Shown here: piece by piece, positions 1 through 9,199 of the stretch
Layout: the number at the start of each line of letters is the position of its first letter
How positions within the stretch are numbered: the stretch's first letter is position 1
Source: an uncultured Alphaproteobacteria bacterium
Lineage (GTDB): Bacteria > Pseudomonadota > Alphaproteobacteria > RF32 > CAG-239
Direction: 5' to 3'
NCBI GenBank assembly: GCA_944393715.1
Contig: CALYBB010000050.1
Location: 1-53,675, forward strand
Length of the DNA: 53,675 nt
Notes under the pieces: generated by a model
What the model saw: the letters and a program-made list of their open reading frames with translations, nothing else
What the model was told of the DNA's origin: nothing
The model's database searches: none
Position numbers and translations under genes: made by a program

Positions 1-43
1 GCCAGCGCCAGCGCCGCGAACGAAATACCTAGTCGGAATTGAC

Positions 44-68
44 CGAACCCGTTCGGGTTCGAATCCCG
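44..68. repeat. Inverted copy of the tRNA-Lys T-arm, partly within a small hairpin
   Basis: 53-68 tcgggttcgaatcccg is the exact reverse complement of 122-137 cgggattcgaacccga; 44-61 cgaaccc-gttc-gggttcg forms a hairpin. Confidence 0.75.
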
Positions 69-80
69 TTATTTATAAAT

Positions 81-105
81 AAAAAAGCCTTGTAAAACAA
101 GGCTT
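81..105 (-). terminator. Rho-independent terminator after tRNA-Lys
   Basis: aagccttgt-aaa-acaaggctt stem preceded by an A-run (U-tail on the minus strand). Confidence 0.8.
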
Positions 106-109
106 AAAG

Positions 110-185
110 TGGTGAGCGCGTCGGGATTCGAACCCGAGACCCTTTGATTAAAAGTCAAATGCTCTACCAGCTGAGCTACGCACCC
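110..185 (-). tRNA. tRNA-Lys (UUU)
   Basis: Reverse complement is GGGTGCGTAGCTCAGCTGGTAGAGCATTTGACTTTTAATCAAAGGGTCTCGGGTTCGAATCCCGACGCGCTCACCA; cloverleaf, anticodon TTT, CCA end. Confidence 0.97.
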
Positions 186-204
186 TCTAAACAAATCGGA
201 ACCA

Positions 205-233
205 TATATAGAAGATAAAAAATTTTTAGTCAA
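205..233 (-). promoter_or_regulatory. Sigma70-type promoter of tRNA-Lys
   Basis: Minus strand TTGACT-N17-TATATA. Confidence 0.7.
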
Positions 234-337
234 CTAAAAAAACAAAAAAGTTAAAAAAATTGAAAATGTAAGATATTTGTTAATAATTACGTATTATCAT
301 ATCCCTAAAATTGTAAACGAAAATTTATGAGGCAGAA

Positions 338-661
338 ATGGAAAATAATCAAATTTCCGCAGAAGACAACGAAGGAACGTACGAAATTTTGCAGAATGCC
401 GCCGGCGAAATTCTGATTATGATCAAGCAACGCCGCGGCGGGCCGGAAAATCCACGCTTTGTTTATGATGGCGGCGAGGCGGCATTGCTGTATCGGAGTC
501 GTGAAAGTTCGGTTTTTTTAAGCGGCATCAATCAGGAGGCACGTCAACCTCTTAAAGCTGTTGACGAAGTGCTGGTCGCAGAGATTGACGGCGATGAAGT
601 AGCGCGTGAGTACACAGTTCCTGTTCGTTTGATCAGGGATTTAAAAACTGTTTTGAACTAG
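338..661 (+). CDS. Hypothetical protein (107 aa)
   Basis: ATG with GAGG RBS; globular acidic composition; no family recognised. Confidence 0.8.
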   Translation: MENNQISAEDNEGTYEILQNAAGEILIMIKQRRGGPENPRFVYDGGEAALLYRSRESSVFLSGINQEARQPLKAVDEVLVAEIDGDEVAREYTVPVRLIRDLKTVLN

Positions 662-752
662 CGTACTTATGCAGTCGTTTAAAATAGGGGCTTTAAAAGC
701 CCTTGTTTTTTTTATATATTGAGAAAAACTTAAAAGAACAAAGGCTTTTTTT

Positions 753-2411
753 ATGGTTTTACAACTGTTTGTTTGTCTTCTGACCATAGCGGCGGCATCT
801 TTATTAATTACACAAGGGCGTCGTCGGCGAATCTGGTCGGTTCTGATCTTTGCGGGTCTCAGCATAATGGCCTATTTGTTCATGAACACACTGAGCGGCG
901 TTCAGGGCGGCAGTTTTATCTATCAATGGCTGCCTTATGATACACTGAAAGCCGATATCAGCATTTCGTCTTCTTTGCGAATGCGGCAGATGTTTATGCC
1001 TCTGATATGTCTGCTTGCAGGATTGGTCTATCTAAATACGATATTTGCCTCAGAACGTCATTCATTGCACTTTAATATTTTAATGCTGTTAAATTTTGTC
1101 AGCCTTATTTTGTTGGCATCCAGCCACGATTTTTTGCAGTTGTTATTTGCTGGCAGCATGCTTTCGGTCATCAGCTTTTACATGCCTGATCTGATTTTGC
1201 CCAAAAAAAAGATTTTTATTTTCAATTTTTTGGCAGAGATGGCGGTGTTTATGGCATTGGCAATTGTATACAGCCGGACGAAATCTGTCAGTCTGGTATC
1301 TCTGTCGGAATATGCAGCTGATGGCAGGCACAAAGATCTGACGGCCTTTTTGCTGTTGTTTGCCATCGGCATCAAATGCGGGTTGTTTTTGCTTAACGGA
1401 CAATATTATAATCTGAAAGACATAGCCTTTAATCGCATTATCGGCATTATGGCTTTATCGGTTCCTCTTTCTGGTCTGTTTCTTGCCGACAAGCTTCGTC
1501 CGTTGTTGGAGGCTTCTGATTTGGCAGAGGCCGGTCTTCCGGTATGGTGCACTCTATCGGTTATCATCGGATTGATAAGTTCATTAATAAATAACAACCT
1601 GAAATCCAAAGTCATTTCTTTGTCACTGGCAATTTATGGTCTGGCATTGTTTTTGGTTTGGAAGGATGCCCGCCTTTTGCAGACTTTGGCCTTGGATGTT
1701 TTAATATTAAACACCTTCGTGCTGGCGGCTTTTCTTTTTGTATCACAAGCCGCCTCAGAAGAAAGCGATGTATCGCGTCTTGGTGGTTTTATTCGCTACA
1801 CCAAAGGCAATTTTGCCTTAACTTGTTTGATTATGATGCTTGTCGCCTCAGGTCTGTCCTCGTGGTCTGATAATTCATTAGTCTTTAAATTTGTGGTGGC
1901 TTATTTGACTGTTTTGGCAGCGAATTTTAGGATTATTTATTGGGGAAGAACCAGAGCGGACGAAAAAGTCCTGGCCTTTGCTCGCAGTGCCGGTGTGTTA
2001 TATAGTGTGCCTTTAGCGGGGATTTGTATATGGTTGCTGTGGCAACAACAGATCTGGAGAAATATGGCGGCTTATGAATTTTTTGGATGGTCGGCGGCGG
2101 TATTTTTGCTTTGCCCCGTTTTGTGGATAGTTAATCTGGGCAATCGGGAAATCTTAAAAGCCGATATTTTATCAACCGTATACGAAAGATTGGTCATTAG
2201 GCCTCTTAAATTTTGTGGCCGGATCCTCTGGTTGGTTTTTGACGTCGTCGTTATTGAACGCAGTGTCATCGCTACATTATCTGCCGCAGCCTCGATGGTG
2301 GTTTCCGCAATGCAAAAAGCCCAAGAGGCACGGATAAAAAACTATATTTTGAGTATCTTGGGTGGTTTGAGCATCATGCTGCTGTATTGGGGATTTTATG
2401 TTTATGAGTAG
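753..2411 (+). CDS. nuoL: NuoL/MrpA-like antiporter-type membrane subunit, highly divergent
   Basis: Polytopic hydrophobic protein; SHDFLQLL and AIGIKCG segments and C-terminal 'KAQEARIKNYI' resemble NuoL; position before nuoM-nuoN-birA. Confidence 0.75.
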   Translation: MVLQLFVCLLTIAAASLLITQGRRRRIWSVLIFAGLSIMAYLFMNTLSGVQGGSFIYQWLPYDTLKADISISSSLRMRQMFMPLICLLAGLVYLNTIFASERHSLHFNILMLLNFVSLILLASSHDFLQLLFAGSMLSVISFYMPDLILPKKKIFIFNFLAEMAVFMALAIVYSRTKSVSLVSLSEYAADGRHKDLTAFLLLFAIGIKCGLFLLNGQYYNLKDIAFNRIIGIMALSVPLSGLFLADKLRPLLEASDLAEAGLPVWCTLSVIIGLISSLINNNLKSKVISLSLAIYGLALFLVWKDARLLQTLALDVLILNTFVLAAFLFVSQAASEESDVSRLGGFIRYTKGNFALTCLIMMLVASGLSSWSDNSLVFKFVVAYLTVLAANFRIIYWGRTRADEKVLAFARSAGVLYSVPLAGICIWLLWQQQIWRNMAAYEFFGWSAAVFLLCPVLWIVNLGNREILKADILSTVYERLVIRPLKFCGRILWLVFDVVVIERSVIATLSAAASMVVSAMQKAQEARIKNYILSILGGLSIMLLYWGFYVYE

Positions 2412-3834
2412 TTCTTTTGCCATTTTGACATTGATCATCTGCGTCCCTTTTGTTGGGATGTTATTCGTGTTGACGGCCAAGGAAACGGCAGACCATACGT
2501 CGCACAATAGTTTTAATGTTGCTCTTTTTACCATTATTGCCAATTTGGTTATGATTTGGCGCGTATTTATGCTGATAGACGAAAAACAGCTGAGGTTGCA
2601 GTTGTTTGAAAAATTTGACTGGCTTTCGGTTCCGGATATCAATTTAGTATTTGCGGTGGACAATTTGTCGTTGTTGATGATATTGGCCGTTCATCTGGTT
2701 ATTTTAACGGGAGTGATTTTCAATCGCACGGAGACAAAGCGCCAAAAACCACAGATGGCAATGACGTTGCTGTTTTTAAGCATGACGACGGGTTTTTTTG
2801 TCGCGGCAGATATTTTTTCGTTTTTTATCTTTTTTGAAGCAATGTTGCTGCCGTTGTTTATGTTGACCGGAATGTTTGGCGATTTCAAAAGGCCGGAACG
2901 CCTGAATGGCTTTTTCCTGTACAACTTGCTGGGTGCTTTCATATTATTTTTTGCCGTTTTGCTTATTTACAAATTTTACGGCAGTCTGCCTCTAAATCGT
3001 TCAAACGAAATTCTGTGGACCCAAAATTATGGAGGAATTATCTGGAGTGCTTTGGCTGTCGGGCTGATCTCCAGAATTCCGATCTGGCCTTTTCACCACT
3101 GGATATCTTCGGTTACGGCAAAGATTCATGATCCTTTGGTGTTTATAGCGTCATCAATTCTGCCGCTGAGCGGAATTTACGGTTTGGTTCGTTTTTGGCC
3201 GGATAATATTCCGACTCAAGTCAGCGATTTCTTTTTTTTAATAAATATTGTTGGTACCGTGACAATGTTATTTATCAGCCTAATAGGTTTTATTCATAAA
3301 GATACGCAGTACAAGATTTTTTCTTTCGTAACGGTATATTATGTTATGTATCTTTTAGGAATTTTCAGCGGAGAAAATTTAATTCTTCAGGATATTGGCT
3401 ATGCCCTGTTTGGTTTTTTGATCGTTTTTGCATCATTGGAAGTGGTCTCGGCCTATATTTACCGCCAAGAACGCTTGCACGACAGCAGTTCTTCGGGTTT
3501 TCTTTGCCGAGCCAAAAGACTATCGCTGATATATTCTTTTTTGACTTTTGCTTCGGCCGGTTTTCCCATTTCGGCTATGTTTACCAATAATTTTTTGATT
3601 TTATCGCAGCTGTTGTCAAAGAATATTCAGTTAGGGACAATTTTAATGTTAGCCGGCATTATTGCTGCCGCAGCATTAATTCGCGAGATGTTTCGCCTAA
3701 AAACGGACAGCAAAGAGTGTATACTGGGCAAAGCAGAAGATTTGCCGGTAGCTCAATTCCTCTATATGCTGTTTATGGTATTTTTGTTGCTAATGTCATT
3801 TATCAGACCATTATGGTTTGTTATCAATGAGTAG
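2398..3834 (+). CDS. nuoM: NuoM-like membrane subunit, divergent
   Basis: AVDNLSLLMIL, FFIFFEAMLLPLFML, PIWPFHHW and YGLVRF motifs of NuoM. Confidence 0.88.
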   Translation: MFMSSSFAILTLIICVPFVGMLFVLTAKETADHTSHNSFNVALFTIIANLVMIWRVFMLIDEKQLRLQLFEKFDWLSVPDINLVFAVDNLSLLMILAVHLVILTGVIFNRTETKRQKPQMAMTLLFLSMTTGFFVAADIFSFFIFFEAMLLPLFMLTGMFGDFKRPERLNGFFLYNLLGAFILFFAVLLIYKFYGSLPLNRSNEILWTQNYGGIIWSALAVGLISRIPIWPFHHWISSVTAKIHDPLVFIASSILPLSGIYGLVRFWPDNIPTQVSDFFFLINIVGTVTMLFISLIGFIHKDTQYKIFSFVTVYYVMYLLGIFSGENLILQDIGYALFGFLIVFASLEVVSAYIYRQERLHDSSSSGFLCRAKRLSLIYSFLTFASAGFPISAMFTNNFLILSQLLSKNIQLGTILMLAGIIAAAALIREMFRLKTDSKECILGKAEDLPVAQFLYMLFMVFLLLMSFIRPLWFVINE

Positions 3835-3848
3835 GGGGATAAGGGAAA

Positions 3849-5273
3849 GTGTTGCAAAATTGGTTTATTTTATTGCCGGAGTTTTGTTTGCTGAGTTTTT
3901 TTCCTATTGCTTGGCTGGTTGATATTTTTCGTCGGGAAAAAACAGCCAAGACTTTTTTTACATTGGCTCAGGCTTTTCTTTTGCTTACCATCGGCACAAC
4001 GATTTTATTTTATGATAAAAGCGCTTTTCCGTCATATTGGCGCAATACGGCGTTGACAACGTTGTTTAAAATTTTTGTTTATTTGTTGGCTTGGGCGTGG
4101 TTTTATCTATCCTCAAAATGGTTTCTGAACAAAAAACGTGCATCTTTCAAATTTTACGCGGCATGCTTTATATTGCTTTTGGGGTTTGATATGTTAGCTT
4201 CATCGGCTTCTCTTTTGGCTCTTGGTACGGCTGTGCCGCTCATTTGCAGCGGATATGTTTGTCTGATACTGCGACATTGGGATATTGATAAAGTCAAAAA
4301 ACCGGCGGCGGCTTTTGCGGTGAGTGCGCTGTCTTTTTGTGCATTGCTATGGATAGGTATAAGTTTCATCCGCTTTTATGCGGGCAGTTTTGAATATGAA
4401 GAGATCAGTCGTTTTTTTGCAAAAGATCCTACTGCTGACGCGCTGCCATTGGCCGGTGTTTTGATGGTTATATCGGCTTTAATGTTCATGATGGCGGTGG
4501 TTCCGTTTCACACATGGTTCATCTCTTTTATTTCAACGGCAGTTTTACCTGTCTGTGGTTTTATTACGTTGATTCCGCCATTGATATATTTCTGTGCGCT
4601 GATCAATTTGGTAAAAGGCGGATTTGAACCTTTGGGGGATTTTATTGTGCCGGTTCTAACTATTTTCTCCCTGCTAACGTTGATAACGGGAGCTTTATCA
4701 GCCAATCACGAAAATAATCTACGACGGTTGTTTGGTTTTTTGAGCCTCTACATTCAGGGTTTTACACTCATCGGCGTAATGGATTTTTCCCGCGGCAGTA
4801 TGATGGCTGCATTCGCCTATATTGTAATATCTGTCTTATCATTGGCAGGAATTTATACGGTTTTTTTAGGTCTCAAGTCTCGAGGCGAATATTTAAGCGA
4901 GCAAGCCGATATAACGGGCTTTTCCGAAATCCGGCCTTATATGTCGGCAGCGCTTTTGGTTTTTATGTTTTCACTGATTGGATTGGCTCCGACTTTAGGT
5001 TTTTTTGGTAATTTGTCGATTATTAACGTCTTAATTGAAAACGAAGCTTGGGGCAGGGCAGCGATATTATTGCCAAGTCTGTTGTTTGTTGCCGGCGCAT
5101 GTCTTCAGGTTGTCGGAACATTTTATTTTAAACCTCTATCTAATAAATTTGATCGCGTTGATAAAGCTGTTTACATCTGTCTGTTCATCAATATGGTGTT
5201 TATCCTGCTGGCGCTGATTAATCCGGCATGGTTGCTGCGTGACGCTTTTGTTATATTGGGAGATGTGTCATAA
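3849..5273 (+). CDS. nuoN: NuoN-like membrane subunit, divergent
   Basis: LLPE N-terminus, AVVPFHTW, NLRRLFGF and FMFSLIGLAPTLGFFG motifs of NuoN; GTG start. Confidence 0.85.
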   Translation: MLQNWFILLPEFCLLSFFPIAWLVDIFRREKTAKTFFTLAQAFLLLTIGTTILFYDKSAFPSYWRNTALTTLFKIFVYLLAWAWFYLSSKWFLNKKRASFKFYAACFILLLGFDMLASSASLLALGTAVPLICSGYVCLILRHWDIDKVKKPAAAFAVSALSFCALLWIGISFIRFYAGSFEYEEISRFFAKDPTADALPLAGVLMVISALMFMMAVVPFHTWFISFISTAVLPVCGFITLIPPLIYFCALINLVKGGFEPLGDFIVPVLTIFSLLTLITGALSANHENNLRRLFGFLSLYIQGFTLIGVMDFSRGSMMAAFAYIVISVLSLAGIYTVFLGLKSRGEYLSEQADITGFSEIRPYMSAALLVFMFSLIGLAPTLGFFGNLSIINVLIENEAWGRAAILLPSLLFVAGACLQVVGTFYFKPLSNKFDRVDKAVYICLFINMVFILLALINPAWLLRDAFVILGDVS

Positions 5274-5992
5274 TACAGGAACAGCAAATAGCCTCATGGA
5301 TATGGCGCGATTATCGGGAGGTTGGTTCAACCAATGATTTGGCCAAGGCGCATAGTTTGTCTTTTGACGGGCATCCTCTCGTCTTTACGTCAATTTCCCA
5401 AACCGCCGGTCGCGGCCGTTTGGGACGCAGATGGATATCCCGTTCCGGCAATTTATTTATGAGTCAGTTATTAAATCCAAAATTACCGATGTCGGATCTG
5501 GTTTTTATTGTGGCTGTCAGTGTAGCAGAAGCCCTTTCTTCCGTAGCACAGGGGATAGACATTGCAATAAAGTGGCCTAATGACATTTTGGTCTCCGGCG
5601 CCAAGATCTGCGGTATCTTGATTGAAGGAGCTTCTTCTGAAACGGTTGTGATAGGCATCGGTATTAATTTGGTTTCTGCGCCGCCGGCTGATCAGATTAT
5701 GTATCCGGCGGTTGACTTGCTTTCGCTTGGTTTCAGGGTAGAGCGCGAAACATTACTAAAAGCCTATTTATCATATTTTGATGCCAATATCAAACAATGT
5801 CACGAACAAGGTTTTCAATCAATTCGCGACAAATGGCTGCGCTATGCTTTTAATCTCGGAAAAAACATCAAAATAAACAGTGGCGGAAAAATTCTCGAGG
5901 GCATATTTAAAGGTGTTGACGAAAAAGGTTTTTTGTTGTTAAAACAAGACGAAACAATTACGAGAATAACCGTCGGAGATGTGTTTGTATAA
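5270..5992 (+). CDS. birA: Biotin--[acetyl-CoA-carboxylase] ligase (no HTH domain)
   Basis: QTAGRGRLGRRW, KWPND and KICGILIE motifs; in-frame EVGSTND motif lies upstream of the 5339 TTG, so the start is placed provisionally at ATA 5270. Confidence 0.93.
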   Translation: MIQEQQIASWIWRDYREVGSTNDLAKAHSLSFDGHPLVFTSISQTAGRGRLGRRWISRSGNLFMSQLLNPKLPMSDLVFIVAVSVAEALSSVAQGIDIAIKWPNDILVSGAKICGILIEGASSETVVIGIGINLVSAPPADQIMYPAVDLLSLGFRVERETLLKAYLSYFDANIKQCHEQGFQSIRDKWLRYAFNLGKNIKINSGGKILEGIFKGVDEKGFLLLKQDETITRITVGDVFV

Positions 5993-6003
5993 AAAGGTAT
6001 AAA

Positions 6004-7671
6004 ATGGAAGGTTTTGAGAAAGAAGGAATTTATTTCGTCGCGTTAGGCGGCGCTGAAGAAGTCGGCTTTAATATGTTTGCTTATATTGTTGATGGTCGGA
6101 TTATCGTAGTTGATGCCGGATATGGTTTCCTGCGCGATGATTTTCCGGGGATTGAAATGGGGCTGGTCGATGTATCTTTTTTAGAAAATTATCGCGACAA
6201 TATTGAGGCGATGTTTATTACCCACGGTCATGAAGATCATTATGGCGCCATAGGTCATATTTTGCCCAAATTGCAATGCCCTGTTTATGCCAATGATTTT
6301 ACGTTAGGACACATTCGGGAGCGTTTGCGTGAATACCATTGGGAAAATTTTGCAGATTTACATTCGGCAACGGCCGAACCCATCGTTAAATTAAATAATT
6401 TTGAGATTGAATTTGTTTCGTTGGTGCATTCGGTGCCGCAAAGCTCAGGCTTGTTTATCCGCACGCGCTACGGTAATATCCTTCACGCAACGGATTGGCG
6501 TTTTGATGACGGTAAAACGGCTATGTTGCCGACGGATTTTCCGTCATTGCGCAAAATTGCCGCAGAAGGCGTGGCTCTTTATGTCGGAGATTCAACAAAT
6601 ATGTCCGAAACATTGCCGGAACCGACCGAGTATGAAATTCGTGAAAGTCTGATAAAATTAATTCCGTCTCTGTCAAATACGGTTGTGGCAACGTGCTTTG
6701 CGTCCAATATCATGCGTCTCGAAAGCTTGATCATGGCGGCCGATGCTGCTTCACGCACCGCGGTTATTGTTGGTTATTCACTCAATCAAAATTTTAAAAT
6801 AGCCCGCGAATGTGGCTATCTACAATCTTGTCCACCGGTTTTTGATATCAAAGAAGCCAAAGATATTCCGTCGGATAAAGCTGTCTATATCTGTGCTGGC
6901 TCTCAGGGAAACTACCGTTCGACATTGAGCCGCATAGCAAACGGCGAGAGCAAAGATATTGTTTTAAGCAAAGGAGACAATATCATCTTTTCTTCAAAAA
7001 TCATTCCGGGAAACGAAGAAAAAATTGAGAGGATGCAGGAGAAACTACGGGATGCCGGCGTAACGGTCATCTCGGCAGAAGACTATTTGGTTCATGCTTC
7101 GGGGCACGCAACACCCGAGCAGATATCAGATATGTACCGCTTACTTAAACCGCAAACCGTTATTCCTGTTCACGGAGACAAACGCAATATCCGCCGGCAA
7201 AAAAAGCTGGCGTTGGAGAACGGCGTTGGTAATGTCTTGACGGTGCGCAACGGCGAGGTCGTGTTATTAAAAGACAGCCGTGCCGAAATTGTTTTCGAAA
7301 TTTTTACCCACAAGCTCGGTGTTGACCGCCGCCAGCTGACGCCGCTTGATTCGCCGCTGATTAGGAGTCGCCGCCGCATCGCCTATAATTGCTCAGTCTT
7401 TATCAGTGCTTTTTTTGCTCGAGACTGGCGTTTGGTCAATTTGCAAATAAGTTCAATCGATATTTTAGAAGAAGAAGCTTTCACGGAGCTGCGAGATAGA
7501 ATCATCATGGATGTTTCAAAAGATATTGATAAAGAAGTTATCAAACTCAATCATAACGAAAACCAAATAAAAGAATATCTGGCAGCCCGCATCCGTCGTC
7601 AAATATTTAAGGCTACGGATATTAAGCCGGTTGTCTTTATGCATTTCTATAAAGAGCCCGACGAAAGCTAA
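6004..7671 (+). CDS. rnj: Ribonuclease J
   Basis: ALGGAEEVGFN, THGHEDH, HASGHA and PVHG metallo-beta-lactamase/beta-CASP motifs; typical position after birA. Confidence 0.95.
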   Translation: MEGFEKEGIYFVALGGAEEVGFNMFAYIVDGRIIVVDAGYGFLRDDFPGIEMGLVDVSFLENYRDNIEAMFITHGHEDHYGAIGHILPKLQCPVYANDFTLGHIRERLREYHWENFADLHSATAEPIVKLNNFEIEFVSLVHSVPQSSGLFIRTRYGNILHATDWRFDDGKTAMLPTDFPSLRKIAAEGVALYVGDSTNMSETLPEPTEYEIRESLIKLIPSLSNTVVATCFASNIMRLESLIMAADAASRTAVIVGYSLNQNFKIARECGYLQSCPPVFDIKEAKDIPSDKAVYICAGSQGNYRSTLSRIANGESKDIVLSKGDNIIFSSKIIPGNEEKIERMQEKLRDAGVTVISAEDYLVHASGHATPEQISDMYRLLKPQTVIPVHGDKRNIRRQKKLALENGVGNVLTVRNGEVVLLKDSRAEIVFEIFTHKLGVDRRQLTPLDSPLIRSRRRIAYNCSVFISAFFARDWRLVNLQISSIDILEEEAFTELRDRIIMDVSKDIDKEVIKLNHNENQIKEYLAARIRRQIFKATDIKPVVFMHFYKEPDES

Positions 7672-9098
7672 TCCTTACCGTCAAAAACCGGCAGATAAAT
7701 AGTAAAGGTTGTTCCGTTATAGCCGTTTGAATTAACCGTAATGTTTCCCTGATGTCGGATAATAATGTGTTTGGCAATCGCCAACCCGAGTCCGGTTCCC
7801 TTAATATTTTGGTCTTTATGCTCCTGCAGGCGATAAAAACGCTCGGTCAGTCGCGCCAGTTTTTCTGCAGAAATTTTTGCCCCTTTGTTATTAACGGAAA
7901 TAGCCACCGCTTTTCCCTTTGCTGTTTTAATTGTTTTTGACGGAGGAATCTTATCGGCATTATTAATGCGGATGGTTATTTCTGTTCCCGATATGCCATA
8001 CTTAATGGCATTATCGGCCAGATTTTGCACAACCTGACGAAGTTGTTGCGCATCGGCTTTTACAGGGTGTATCGTCGCATCTTTAATGACATGAAAACGC
8101 ATGTTATGTTCTTTAGCTCTTATTTCCAGAGATTTGACAACATCATCCACAATTTCTTCAGCATCAGCTTTTTCTTGCGGATGCTCGTCCTGATTTAGCT
8201 CAATTTTGGACAGAGACAAGAGATTCTCAATCAGATCAGACATATATTCAGCTTGATCAGCAATAATTTGCAAAAATTTTTTTTGCGCATCCGGATCATC
8301 TTTGGCTGATGTTTGCAATGTTTCTACAAAACCTGAAATAACGGCAAGAGGCGTCCGCAATTCATGGCTGGCATTGGCCACAAAATCTGATTGCATTTTT
8401 TCAATTTTCATCGATTTTGTCAGGTCATAAATAGAAATAACCGCCACGGCACGGCCTTTCGACAGCCAAGGAAGTTGCTTGATGTGGGCATAAAATTTTT
8501 GGTCAACCGGTTTCTCGACATAAAATATGAGGTTCTCAGAAGAACTTTCCTTATTAAGAACTCGTGACACCGCATTAATAAAATTGTTGGAATGAAAAAT
8601 CTGATCAATATTTTTATCGGTAATTTTATCACCGAAAGAAGCGCGTGCAGATAGATTAGCGCCCAAGATATTTCCTGCCCGATCAATCATAATGATCGGA
8701 TCAGGCAAACTATCAAGAACGGCAGTGTCTGAAATCGTTTGAGCCTCCAAAAGGTCGGCTTTTTGTGCCCAAAAATGGTGCATGTTATTAATGGCTTCAA
8801 CAAGTTCCTTGGTTTCGTCTTCGGACAAAGCCAACAGATCTTGTTCGTCAATATTGCCGCTTGTCAGCTTGGTAACATATTTTTTTATTTGTTGCAGCTC
8901 AAAAGTTAACGGAAACAACAGCGCAATATTAAAGAGTACAACCGCCGCCAGAGAAATAACCGCCAACATGGGATCAACCATATTAAAGGCAGCCAGAATA
9001 ATAAAGACCAGCGCTGTCGGAAAGCTCAAAAACAAAACTCTTTCGACAAACTGGGTGTTTTTCTCAAAACCCAAAGCCTCACGCGACTTTTTGAACAT
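7668..9098 (-). CDS. PhoR-like sensor histidine kinase (2 TM, PAS, HisKA, HATPase)
   Basis: DFVANASHELRTPL H-box; NLADNAIKY, RLTERFYR and GTGLGLAI. Confidence 0.9.
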   Translation of the reverse strand: MFKKSREALGFEKNTQFVERVLFLSFPTALVFIILAAFNMVDPMLAVISLAAVVLFNIALLFPLTFELQQIKKYVTKLTSGNIDEQDLLALSEDETKELVEAINNMHHFWAQKADLLEAQTISDTAVLDSLPDPIIMIDRAGNILGANLSARASFGDKITDKNIDQIFHSNNFINAVSRVLNKESSSENLIFYVEKPVDQKFYAHIKQLPWLSKGRAVAVISIYDLTKSMKIEKMQSDFVANASHELRTPLAVISGFVETLQTSAKDDPDAQKKFLQIIADQAEYMSDLIENLLSLSKIELNQDEHPQEKADAEEIVDDVVKSLEIRAKEHNMRFHVIKDATIHPVKADAQQLRQVVQNLADNAIKYGISGTEITIRINNADKIPPSKTIKTAKGKAVAISVNNKGAKISAEKLARLTERFYRLQEHKDQNIKGTGLGLAIAKHIIIRHQGNITVNSNGYNGTTFTIYLPVFDGKD

Positions 9099-9199
9099 CT
9101 GACGATTTCCACTATCTTAAAAAATGTTCTAGACCAAAACTTTCAAATATAATATACTTGCTAACAAGTTTAAAAATACTAAATTTTTGTTTGAACGAA

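Noticed and set aside
44-137. attL/attR of an element integrated at tRNA-Lys
   Set aside because: The copy is inverted rather than direct, and no integrase is visible in the window
753-5273. Mrp antiporter or hydrogenase-4 membrane subunits
   Set aside because: The L-M-N order followed by birA-rnj is the complex I context; no MrpB/C/E/F/G or hydrogenase genes are adjacent
753-5273. nuoLMN as pseudogenes
   Set aside because: No frameshifts or internal stops over 4.5 kb, and gene junctions remain tight
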